From Selaginella moellendorffii (Eukaryota > Plantae > Lycopodiophyta), in contig NW_003314277.1 in NCBI RefSeq assembly GCF_000143415.4, positions 1-64,000 of the forward strand: 64,000 nt of DNA. The letters are read 5' to 3'. Below are positions 23,900 through 36,275 of the stretch, piece after piece (position 1 is the first letter of the stretch; each line of letters begins with the position of its first letter). The notes under the pieces are model-generated. The model worked only from the letters and a program-made list of their open reading frames with translations. It was not told the origin of the DNA and did no database searches. Made by a program: the position numbers and the translations under genes.

Positions 23900-26800
23900 C
23901 TAATGGATGTGATGGTTGACCTTAGGATCTTGGTTTAGTTCCTGCATAAAAATGTAATAGATGTGCTTGCAAGCTAAATATACCTTTCCCTTGTTCTCCC
24001 TCTGTGTAAAATCTAGACAGGTACAGGATGGATTTTTGCAGATTCTGATAGTGTAGTTCATACCCTTTGATAACTCAGTCACAACAATAAACTCCTTAAC
24101 CATGTCACTGATGTAGTTTATCCTTGTGATTATGCATTTCAACGCCTTTGCTAGCTTGATCTTCTCTTGTGCACCTTTTGAAATGGAAGACCTATATTGT
24201 ACAGCCTTCCCATTTCTAGCTATGTCGGTCTAGTGTTAACATTGGTGGCATAGCAGTATCAATAGCAACCTTTGAGGAAGTCTTTAGCTTGAAACCAACT
24301 CTCTCCAGATTTTCAATTTCTTCTTTTAAAAGATTGTAGCTTCACTCAACTGGCCACTCCTCTAGCACAGAATCTAGCTTTGAGATAATTGAGTTATGGA
24401 TCCTGTTTGTATGAGTAACATCAATCCCACAACAGTAAATCCAACTTGACTGGTAGCCCTTTCCCCTAGATCTCGACAGCCCCAAAAACATGGTACTGCT
24501 GAAGAACTTGAACCTGAGCGCACAAATGCAAGACACTGACCTTAACTCCCAATCATTCTACAGCAATGCGCATTACTCTTGGCACTGACTCTTCGTATTG
24601 CCCAGTTGATACGAGAAACTGGCTCACGAGCAATAATCTTCTCAACCTTTGGCACTGGATTTACTTGTGTAACAATTGGCACCTCCTCCACTCCATGTTC
24701 CTTAGTTCTTCTCCAGTGTCGTGGAACAAAATGGTAATCAAACTCTAGATGGTGAGAGCTAAAAAGAGTGATATTGGACCCATCAAATATCTGTCGATGC
24801 TTCAAACGGGCTGTCCTCATGTCCCCAAATGGTTCATAACTTGATTCCATAGGAGTTTTAGTAACAATTTCCCCCACCATCTTAGATATTGACCTTGCTA
24901 CTGGTGTTGTCCTTCTACCAACCCGCTCTCAAAGCTTGTTTAAGTTTGGACCTGTACCAGTAAACCTTTCTTCTTGTGTTGCCAAAGCTTTTGATGACTG
25001 CTCAAGAGATCTAGTGAGGTTGAAGAGTGGAGCTTCATAGAGGGACACTTTTCCTTTCCCTGCTTCGAAAGCTTTTCAACTCCAATGTTTGCTCTCAGAG
25101 AGATTAATTGTTGGTGTAAGTGCAATGTCATTAAATGGTTGATCCTAGGAAAAATGCAACATTTGAATGTGAAAAAAAAAAAATGAGAGAAAACATACAT
25201 GGAGAATATAATAGCCCCATTGAAACATTCGAACTTCCCACCATGCAAGCCAACACTCCATTTGTGGAAGGTGTTCAATTGGCATTTTGTCTCCTTCACA
25301 CCACCATATTCGCATCTCATTTGCTTTTGCCTCATGCTCCTCTTTACTTGGTGCATCCATCCATTCCTAACAAAGCTGCTTGAACTCGTGATGGAAGCTA
25401 GACTTGATGCATCAGTAATGTTCATTGACACTCTTTACCCAATGAAACTCACACCTCTTCTTTCTACCTTGTAATGGTTAACTTTTATCACCTCCAAATA
25501 CTTGTTGTGCAGCCAACCAGTTAGCACCAGCAGCATCTGCCATGAAACCACGAAAGTTGGGTTTCTTCCCGGTTCGCTGTTCAATAACCTCGGACATACA
25601 TGTCCAAAAGACAGTTTGTGCTTAGAAATCTTGAACCTTAAATTCAGCTATAGCTATAGTCAAGTTGCACTGCAACCTATAGAAGGAATGGTTATAATAT
25701 AAATCAGTATGGATCCTTAAAAAATGAATAACCACTTACTTGTGATCATAAACATGAGCTCCCATTATTGACCAGCCTGAAACTCGTTTCATATAGTCGA
25801 AATGGATCCAGGAATTAACCAAGTCCCCGTCTCCGTCCATATCCATTCATTGTACAAGGTCCACACCAGAAGCAAGACCAAGGGTGGACATTTTAAAGAT
25901 GAAAAGGCGTTAACTGTTCGATGTCACTTGGCCAACGAACAAACTCCCATGAATAAATTTATAGGGACATTTTCTTTTTAACTCCAAAATCGCATCCAAT
26001 CCAAATTGAAGCTTTCCATCTCACCCTTCTCGCATCCAGTTCTTTATTGTGCTGAAAAAAAGAGTGTTTCTAGTGATAAAGTAGAGTTAAGTATTATTAA
26101 CTTATACCTATTTAAATTTGTCATGGGTTCTATATTTCGAAGCAAGTCCTTCAAGCTATTCTTTGTGAACTCTTTTTTGCCATCAACTTGTAGCAATGTG
26201 TCCACCACATAGTCCTTTAGTACAGACTATTGAACACACTTTGGAGTTGCAGCACTTTTCTTCCCAACCTCTGTAGTAACAGCAGCCTTCAAATTGCGAA
26301 AAAAATCACGGCGGATTCCTTCCTCTATTGCATGTTGGCAGTATCCAACATGCACTACTGCTTTGCATAAACATCCATCCCGTGGAAGAAAATAATACAT
26401 TTTTGCATCGCAACATGCTTAACAAATAGGTGTTACCCCGCATTTGCGACATCTAAACTCTGTAGCAACCTCATCACGCCTAGGGGGATTGATTGCTGAG
26501 CCTTTAAAGAAACACATATTCTTGCCATGATCAGAAATGCATTTCTCAGCGATACATTGAAGTTATCCACCACAATGGACTATGGATACAGATCCATCGA
26601 AATGGGAAAAGTGGGTTGTCTTTACTCTGCACCAATTATGTGGATCAAGACGCGTCCTATGCCCCTCTTCTTGATTGACAAATTGGCCGGTGGAAATTCA
26701 AAGAATACATTCCCATTATAGGAAGACAGAAACTCCTCACCTCTCATGTACTGGAACTCCTTCAATTCCAACCGTAATGATCGAGATTGCTGAAATGCCT

Positions 26801-27236
26801 TATCCACCGTTTCAAAAACTAGTCCAGAAAGAATGCACTTACTTGTATGGGAAGCTATGTCGGGAAGTTCATCTTTTTCACTTTCGTCACTAGAGAGAAT
26901 AACAACTTCATCCTTCACTCCTTGCACAATTGGCTGTGAAATTAATGCACTCTCCTTTGCTCATTTTGGAGATCTTGTAACTAGAATCTCCTGACCTGTA
27001 CATCTATCAAGATCCCACTGAATCCCATTCTTTCCCACACCACTGTCAAGAAGAATGGATTTTTCTATCTGATTACCCTTATCCCGACATACATTCTCTA
27101 AACTAACTGATCTCAGCTTCAACTTAAATTTTCTGCAGAGAAAGCTCTCTCCTATAACATTCTTAGAGAAAACAATTGGAGGCTCTTGATTGAACTTCAA
27201 GTAGAATTCTCTTATATCTTCTCCTTGCTCAAGCAC
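23900..27236 (-). pseudogene. MULE-type DDE transposase with N-terminal Cys/His (GCM/WRKY-like) zinc domain and C-terminal SWIM finger
   Basis: Manual translation through stops gives HCGG*LQC..CRKC..CDAK..HVG, WIHFDYMKRV (D1), FRGFMADAAGANW (D2), RCEFHW (CxxH), NLSESKH (E), and SWIM CTCLDF...ACKHIYY. Confidence 0.8.
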
Positions 27237-28068
27237 TTAGAAAAAATTTAGGGAGAAACTGATAAGAAAAAACAAAGATATTCTTCTGTATTGTGAGCTT
27301 TAATTAGCTATGTCCTTGCAAAAGACAAATTAAATATTTCAACAAAATAGACAACCGTTTAGAATCTAGAGATATATGAGAATGTTAAAGAGCCACCCAT
27401 ATTAATTGTATAATTGATTGTGAGAGGAATAATTCCGTTGATATAAATTCTGTTATAAACGAAATACCTCAAATGACCTCACCAAACCCAGTACAGAGAA
27501 TACTATCTCTAACTATCACCATCAATTATACAATTAATATATAAAGCATTGAATGATTGTCTCCTTGGAAAGAACACATGAAATCTATGTTCATAGTGGA
27601 TTTGTCCTATAAATATATCCAAGTACAAGCTCTATTTCGTTAAAGTGGGAATTGTCATTATCCCACTTGTAAAATAAGGTTTCCAAACCTTTATATAGTA
27701 TATAAATATAACAAAATTCAACTGCATTGAGGCATATGCCATTTTATTTTAAACAAGGAAATGTCTACTCAATCACTTCTCCTCCCCCTGCCACTGCTTC
27801 ACCTCTCTCTTCTCCTTGTCATCGTCGTCCAATTTCTTTCCATCCTTTTAATATTGGCTCAGTTGCTCCAAGTCTAGGTGGAGCCCAAGTCCCCATTCAA
27901 TCTTTACTTTCCCCTTATTAATAAAACAACTTCGTAGACTTCCAATAACATGCTGTAACACTTCTAGTATAATGCAAATCCTCTCAAAGAATTGTCTTTT
28001 AATATTAATACAATGGCATGGAACCCCATGCCATAATAAGTTACATTTTTAAATAAATGCATGCCATC

Positions 28069-31000
28069 TCAGATTGTTATTTTTTGCCTCCCAACGCCTA
28101 TACAATAATCTTGGAATTTCATCACTCTCCACACTATCAGGATTTAAACCCAATAGTAATGCCATCTCTTCTCTAATACGTCCATGCTCATGTTCAGTGG
28201 TCGAAGAACCCATCTGGTTGAGCAGATTATGGAGATGCGGATAGTGCTTGGCTAAACAATATACATGCCATAAATGATGACTGGTGTCTGTCCGATCAAA
28301 TGGCTTCTGATACTGTTCCATCTGCCATTTGGTTGATTTCTGCAGCCACCTCCTGGACTGGCCGGTTCTCTATCACCATCGCTCTAAGCCATTTTGCAAG
28401 GTCCCCCAGAACATATAGTTTCTTTTCCCTAGTTTCCATACTGCAAGAGATGGGGTGCACTGCATATATGTGCGTGTTCGCTGCAGTTTTAATCGGCGAG
28501 TCATCGATGATGAGGATTTCACTTGACCTAGCAGTCCGGTTCATCACTACAGCCTTTGGCTTGACGAAGATGGGCTTGCTACCCCTCACATGGACCATAG
28601 TCAAGCAATCCTCCTGCGTTAGGAGAAAGTCAAATGGTAATATTACTCGCGTCTGATCGTGCATCATCTGTAGCAACGTTAATGCATTGTGGCGCATAAT
28701 GGATGTCCAAACTCCCAATTGCAAATTGAACCCGGCCCTCTGTTTTAAGTGTTGCATGGTCATTATTAGATCCCGCAGTTTCTCCCGTGTGATTAATGTG
28801 AATCTGTCTCTTTTGACCAACTTGCGACCGCAGGCTTTGGAGGGTGCAGTGACATTCGAGGACGAGCCACGCTCATGGGAGAAAAGGACACCGTTCAGAT
28901 CAAAAATGATACAGTACCTTCGCCGTGACTCTGAAATGAAATGCGTCAGCATAAAAAATGGTACAAGTCAATTTTACCATCTACAATATTAGCGAATGGT
29001 GCTCCCGATGGTCGTTCAGAGGGTTTTGGTCGAAGAAACGTGAAGGGCGGAAATACTCTCCTCTGCAATGTGGGGTCAATCACATCCGATGGCGTGTGGG
29101 CACATGCCATTTCAGTTGTAGACTCTGGTACAACTGGCTCAACAGTGGCATGGGGTGGTTCCGATGGCGTGTGATCACATGCCATTTCAGCTGGTGCCTC
29201 CGTTGGCAAAGTGGACATGACCGAACAGGCAGCAGGGGCGGTGTAGGGAGGTTCCAACGGCGCGTAATCAGACGATTGGGCACACGTTGAGTCCGTTGGA
29301 AATGAGGATACGACCGGCTCGGCGGCTGGGGCGGCCTCATGTGGGTCCAATGGCGCCTGGTCACCGTCAGTTGGATACGTGGACAAGATTGACTCAGTGG
29401 TATGGGCAGCATCAAGTGGAGCGTGGTCAGCTTGCTTGGCGTTGATATGGATAGTAGCCTCCACCAGCTCTGATGACTCTTGCAGGCAAGTAGAGTCCAC
29501 TGGCGGATCCATATGCATGTCCAAATATCTCCCTTCGATTGAGATGGTATCCTCCCTACTGGCTACTAAAAACAAACTCATTAGCACATTGAATCGACTA
29601 TACTGTATTTACCATCAACTACTATTGAGGAACTAGGACCGATATCACTTGGGCGCACTGCTGATTCTGAAGGATTGGACATATGTTTCGACCCTTGCTT
29701 GGCACTATCCTTCCTCGACACTAAAGGCTAGAGTTTGTATCTTAATTCAACTGAATAATCTCTACTTACCATTTGCTCTGCGACCTACATGGACAATGTT
29801 AGAAATGGTAAAAGGTTAGGAATGGATGTACTATTATTTACCTGATGGTTTGTTTTGTATGACCTTCCTCCGCTGCTCTTTGGCCACCTCAGGCTGGCCA
29901 TCGTCGTCATCATTGTCGTCGTCGTTATTGTGATCGTCACCATTGTGAGGACCATCCAAGTCCTCTTCGTCCTCCTCTTCTTCGTCCTCCTCTTCTTTGT
30001 CCTCCTCTTCGTCCTTCTGCTCTTCCTGCTCATTATCTTTCTCTGGCTCCTCATCCCCCTCCTGCATTTCTTCCATAGGCTGCTCAGGCTGGATGGCTTG
30101 TTCTTCCAGGACCATCTTGGGAAAATCATCTGGCCGAGTCTCCATCTCAAAATACAAGACATCCATAGCCTATTTTAGTGCGTGACCTAGGACCGTATCC
30201 TCACCCGACTGTCTTAACATGGTTTCTGCACGTTCTTGCACCCTTCGAAGACGACGAGATGAGAAAAACATGGCCCTGACTTGAAAAGCATCCCTCATCC
30301 ATTGTACCTCTCCATTGAGATTGGGGAAGGGGAGTCCGCCATAGGAATCTGAGTCAGGAGGTGGTGACTGGCTGCTTTCACTCAACCCTTGATCTGCAAT
30401 GAATGGCATGAGCACACACGCCATAACCGCGAGGCATTACCTATCATCTTTTCGTTGCCCTTCTTCCTTTTCGAATCAAACGCCTCTGATCCCGACGACT
30501 GTCCAACGTGCTTTCGCTTTTTATGACCACTGTCAGTTTGAGCTTGGCTGGTGCTTGCCTGTTTTGCCTTTGAAGAAGTGTCTCTTGCAAGGAATGGCAT
30601 GAGACCACACGCCATTGTAAATATAATTTGTACCTCCTTTTTTCCTATTGCTTGTCTGTTTGTCCTTCTTCGACGCGCCACCAGTGCGCTTTTCAGTCCT
30701 CGTGTCTGAATATTCACAACGATCTATAATCAAAATGGCGTGAGGCCTCACGTGACCTTACCTTGTGCAGGTTGTGAGCTCGGCCTAACATCAGTAGCTG
30801 TTAACGCCGTTTCAGCATCTGGGGGTGGCCACGCTCCTGCATACAGAGCTTGTGAGATAACATTTAAACTTAAAGTGCGTACTCACCAGGTTCATAGAGA
30901 AGATACTGTTTTTCTTTGGCAACTGTAATTATATGCTCCATTGAAGTCACCTCTTCAATGGAGTTTGTCACCGCAACACACGGGACACCCTTGAGTAGTG

Positions 31001-33664
31001 CGGCTCGAAAGAATAGTCCGCCGCAGTTGTACTCGACAATGCATTTGCCCTTGTCGGAAGCAGGTGACCCACCCGCTATTGCGTTGAAGACCCAGCTGAG
31101 CATTTCCCATGCTGCACCTGGAGCTTTCTCTGGATTCGAAAGCTCCATAGCCGTCTTCAGTTCCTCAGGCACGGGTAAATTGACCTCCCTCAGATCAATT
31201 CGATCGGCCTTGTCGAACAAAGCTGGGAAGTCACTCCAGTCCCACTCTGCTGCAGGACCAATAACAAGGGCGAGTGTGAAGATGCGGACATTCGTCGGTA
31301 TCTTCTTCTTAGCCATTATCACATGGATCTCCTGCATCTCCTTGCCTTTCAACCGAGCCTTCACCTCGTTCAAGGCCTTCCAGAACTTGTGATAGGATTC
31401 GGAGTCATAGATCATATAGTGGACTGAAGATTCCACCTCCGCAAGTCCCACCATTAAGTCAATGATGGAGCTGACTTCGTCTGCATGAGTGATCTCCTCG
31501 TTTGTGAAGTCCATCACAAAAGATGTTCTTGACCTGCTCATCTCCACAGGAAACGATGCTCCTCCACCTTTGATCCTCATCCGAATTCACATATACCCGG
31601 TAAGGTTCTCGATAGGCCTCTGCTGCGGGGTCGAGCTGTTTCTGAAGCCGGCGGTCGACATCCCTCTTAATGAAATTTGGATACTGATCCAACTTCTCAG
31701 CTTTACTTTTCGTGGCATCCCGCAGCAGATAGATGAACTTGGGGGCCCCCTTCACGTACTTGTCGATGTCTTCATTTGACAACTCCAGCTCTTCCATCAT
31801 CTCTTGCGTGGTGTCGATGCTCACCCTCTCCACGGCCACTTGCTCGAAGATCCAATCCTTCAATAGCACACGAGCTCTCAGAGTCGTGCACAAGTCCTTG
31901 TATGTCACAATATGGCCAGGAGTCATTTTGGTCTTGTTGAAGACTACCTCACCACGTAGAAGAGCATTAGCCACTGTCAGAAGGTCGTCGTCGTCTAGAG
32001 ACCGCGAGAAACACAAGGCGTTGAGCTTCAAATCATTGGGCTTCCGGCCGTCCTCCACACCCATTGAGTTTAGCAACTCCCCGTCATGGTACCCCATTTG
32101 TCAAAAACAACTTTTGTCGCGAGTAGAATGTTATGGATGCTGAGTGTGTCATTGACCCCTAGTGTTTTCGAAAGAAGACTCGAGAATTCCTGCAATGGAA
32201 ATGGCGTGAGGCCACATGCTATGCCACATGCAACGAGGCTTACCTGCCAGGCGCTAGTTGCTAGTGCACGTCCTTGTCCTGGTTTTTGTGGCTTCTTTAG
32301 TTGAACCCAGAGCTTCCGTGTTTGTGCCAATGTCTCGTGCAGACCCGATTTGTAGCACGTTTCTTGCTTGACATTCTGCGCGTGGGAGATGGATATGATA
32401 GATCGGAGGGGTGAGTTGCCTTTTATCAGGCGGACAACTCTTGTCTTGAAGACTTTCTTCACCTCCTCGCCCACCATAATATCCACAACTATCTCTTGCA
32501 TCGCCAAGCTAGAATGCTGCCCGGAGACGGCATAGAACTGGATGTTCTGATCATCCAACACCTTCCTATTGATCAAGTTTGGAAACCTCGTCTCGCCCTT
32601 CATTGTTTGGTAGTAGGGGATCACGTCTGCGATGTCGGGTGTTACTGGACTTGCCAGCATCTTTTGCTTCAGTTTCTCCACCCACTCATCAGATACTAGC
32701 TTGTGGTTATATTTGCTTTGAATGTCAATATAGCTCACGTCGATTGTATATACTTTGTTGGAATAGTAACAAGTACTATTATCTGCGACGATTTTTGCTG
32801 CCTCTTCTTGCTCTTTCTGCTCTTTGTGGCTCTTCTTTTTGGTGGGTGTAGTGTTCGAACCCGAGGCAATGGCATCACCGAGTAGCTTCTTTTTTGGAGC
32901 AAGAGAGTCGGACGTCGGCTTGAGCTTGACCACCCTTTTCTGCTTCGGGGTAGTTTCCAGATCGACCCCCTTCCCCTTCGCTTCGCGAACTAGAGGCACT
33001 CTCAATGGCTCAATGTTGGAATATAGTTTTTCAACATCGCCGTAGGTGAGGTCCATGGATTCCATGTGATCTTCATAGACCCGCAGCATATTTGAAATTG
33101 TAGGCCTTCTAGACAACCTCTCCCTAGCTCCCTCTAGGAATTCCTCATAGCCGCTGCCCCCCTCCGGGAAGCCGCTAGGATGTGCAAGGTGGATCTTGAA
33201 GGCGGACGCTGTCTCTACCACAAGTGCCAGTCCATATTCTTGCATGGAACTGCATGGAGTGTCTGTCACTTGGATGAGGATCCCCATGCATTCTTTTCTC
33301 CCACCATCTGTGTTGTACAGCCTCAGATCCTCACCTTCCATCCCGAAAGTCCAATTGGTGAGCTCCTCCCCCTTCTCTGCATCCACATTGACAGTGGCTG
33401 GAAGAAGAACGCAATTCCTCGCCTGTTCAGAAATGCACAACAATTAGAGCTGACAGATGAAAAGCTAGCAGCTGGAAATAACGTGAGGCCACACGCCATT
33501 CACCACTGCATCAGATGTCTTGAGGCTGCATCCTAAGATGGTGTGAGGCTACACGCCATCTATAACCGGACTGCACTCGAGAGCCCAATCGGTGCATGCC
33601 AATGTTGCTACTGAATGGCATGTGGCCTCATGCCATTTTCTACTTGGCCTAAAAGACTTACCAT
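28069..33664 (-). pseudogene. Cargo gene copy 2 (ParB-like, MTase-like and FCP1/NIF-like HAD domains), disrupted
   Basis: Near-identical to 7252-12804. Its lesions (frameshifts near 32090, 31515 and 28315; stop at 30170) are at different sites from copy 1, so a consensus is open. Confidence 0.7.
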
Positions 33665-34948
33665 TTGAAGCCGAATGGATGCGTGACAATCGAGGCCGGA
33701 CTCGCTGGCGAATGTGCACTGTGTGTGCAGCGGATCATAGCAGCAATGCTACTCTGCCACTTACAGTTGGAGAGTGGTGCTGAAATCTCCCGGGACGCCA
33801 AGTGGGCTGCGTGTGGGTGGCGGAGTGGGTGGCGGAGTTGGCGGCGAAGTTACAAACTGGGTGTGTCTTGAAGTGGACGCCGATGCACACGAGCGCGATG
33901 CGAGCGCGAGTGTAATGCAAGCGCGAGTGGACGCCGATGCATACGAGAAACCTGTAGAGAAGGTAGATGAGCGCGAATGTGAGTGTGATCGCGAGTGGGA
34001 GCGCGATGCGAGCGCGAGTACGATGCAAAACCTAACCTCACACGCGCGAAATGTCACAACGGTTGGTAATCCCGCCACGTCATCATTCCTCAGACTTGGG
34101 CGCCACCATTAATTTCTGGATCGCCGCGCGCATGCATGCACGTGAAATCCAAAAGAAATCCGCAACTTCATCATTCCTCGGACTGCATGCACGCGAAATC
34201 CAAAAGAAAGATCATGATTGGGATATCATTTAATACCCTCGCTATATTTATACCATGCATGATTGGATATTCCAAAGCATCTTGTATTTCCAAAAATGCC
34301 AGATGTTCAGCTAAATAAAGAATGGTATACAATGTCCTTCTTGATGACCCTGCAAAGAAGCATGATGTGACGTTCAAGCGTGTGGGCTCATGCAATTTTG
34401 ATCCCAAAAAATGCACCAAAAAATGCTCGGCGTCATCTGGCGTTATCTCTTGAATGGCGAGGGGCCGCATGCCATTTTCTGGGGCATATAGGAGTATATT
34501 CCTAGAATATTTTGACATACGCGAGATTTTATTGGGTTTTCTGGAGATCCAACCGTTAGATCGCAACTAGATTTTACAGAATGGTATACAATGTCTTTCT
34601 TGATGACCCTGCAAAGAAGCATCTCGATCGGACACCACATGAGACCACACGAGCCTTACAATGTTTCAGAGGCATTTGCCATAGATCCGACCGTTATTTT
34701 GCTCCAAGATTTTACAGTTTGGTGTGCATTGACCTTTCCATCGACACTGCAAAGGGACATCACAATCAGATGTGGGATCACAAGAAACTAACTTCACTAA
34801 CTCTGGTTTCACCAAAATCTACGTAAGGAGTTATGAAATGAAAGGACCCTCTCTATTGAAATGTGTTTATGGTCCTAGGGGCATTATGACATATCAAAGG
34901 ATTTTGCATCAAGTTCTATATTTGCATGTTTATCAAGCTACTGAATTG

Positions 34949-34975
34949 CTAAACCCTAAACCCTAAACCCTAAAC
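34949..34975 (-). repeat. Interstitial telomeric repeat in copy 2
   Basis: CTAAACCCTAAACCCTAAACCCTAAAC. Confidence 0.93.
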
Positions 34976-36275
34976 ATGTGGCAAATGCTGTGTGAAGAAA
35001 GATGCCCTTTCTGGGCAAATGCTGTAAGAGGCAGATGCCGAGCAGATGTATCTCAAGCTAGCGAAGGGGACAAACGAAAGCTAGCTATAAACATGACAGG
35101 ATGCAAATAGATTACTAGGCTAGTCCTGCGAAAATCAAAAGCCATAATTGAAAACATTGAAAATGCAAAAAGAAAGGTTTATAATATTTTTGAATTTTAA
35201 GCAACCAAAGGAATGTAAGTAGGGCATGTGTTTGTAAGTTTAAAAATGCCTCAACCACTTAAATTCCCAAGAAAATAAAGCTGTTTCTATTTTTGGTACA
35301 GGTAAACTTTATAGCGTGTGGGCTCATGCAATTTTGAACCCAAAAATGCACCAAAAAATGCTCGACTAGCATTATTCTTTGAATGGCATATGGCCTTATA
35401 TTGCCATAAATGGACATACACACACAGCATAATTATTCCTTTACACGGTGAATAATCTTGGCGCGGATCGCTGACATGGCATGGCAAAGTTCGAATCATT
35501 GACATGGCACAGCTGGATCGAGGCAAGGACATGATGTGACAAAGTTCAACCTCCGACAGCAAAGTTTAGAAGCTACTCAGTTTGAAATTTGTCAAAGGAA
35601 TCATAAGATCTGGTTTGTCAGAGGATTTGATGTGACGTTCAAGCGTGTGTTATTTTTGAATTCTCGAACTCATTCCTAGGTCTATCATTTTTGTGCGCCG
35701 TGTTCTTGGTTCCGCTGAGCGTAGTGAGCGCTGCTTGTGTAAGCGGCGTTGTGAGCTGTGGTTTATGCGTCTACGAGCGGTTGTGGCATTGCGAGCGCCA
35801 TTGCGAGCCGCAGTTTATGCGAGTGGCAGTTTGTGTGAGCGGCGCTACGAGCAGTTGCGGTGTTGCGAGTGGCGCTACGAGTAGTTGCAATGTTGTGAGC
35901 GGCACTGTCTTTGGTGTGGCTACCGCTACCACTTCCTCTTGATATTCGGCACTTGTGCTTCCTGGTATGTTCACCATGGAATGGCTTAGGACCACATTTA
36001 GAAATGGCATGAGGCCACATGCCATCTTGGGCCCTTGCAATTTCATGGCTAGCGTATTGTCATGTATGTTTTTACTTGCCTGCAGCTGTGTGTATATCAA
36101 GATGGCATGAGGCCTCATGCCAATTTTGTGAATGCGAAATTTCACGTGGGTGTCAATAGCATGTTTGAATAATGGCATGTGGCCTCATGCTATTGAGGTT
36201 GTTTGGTATGTTATGATTTAGGCCATTCTCCAATCATTTTTTGTATGGTCTTAACTTCTTTTCTACACTTTCAGA

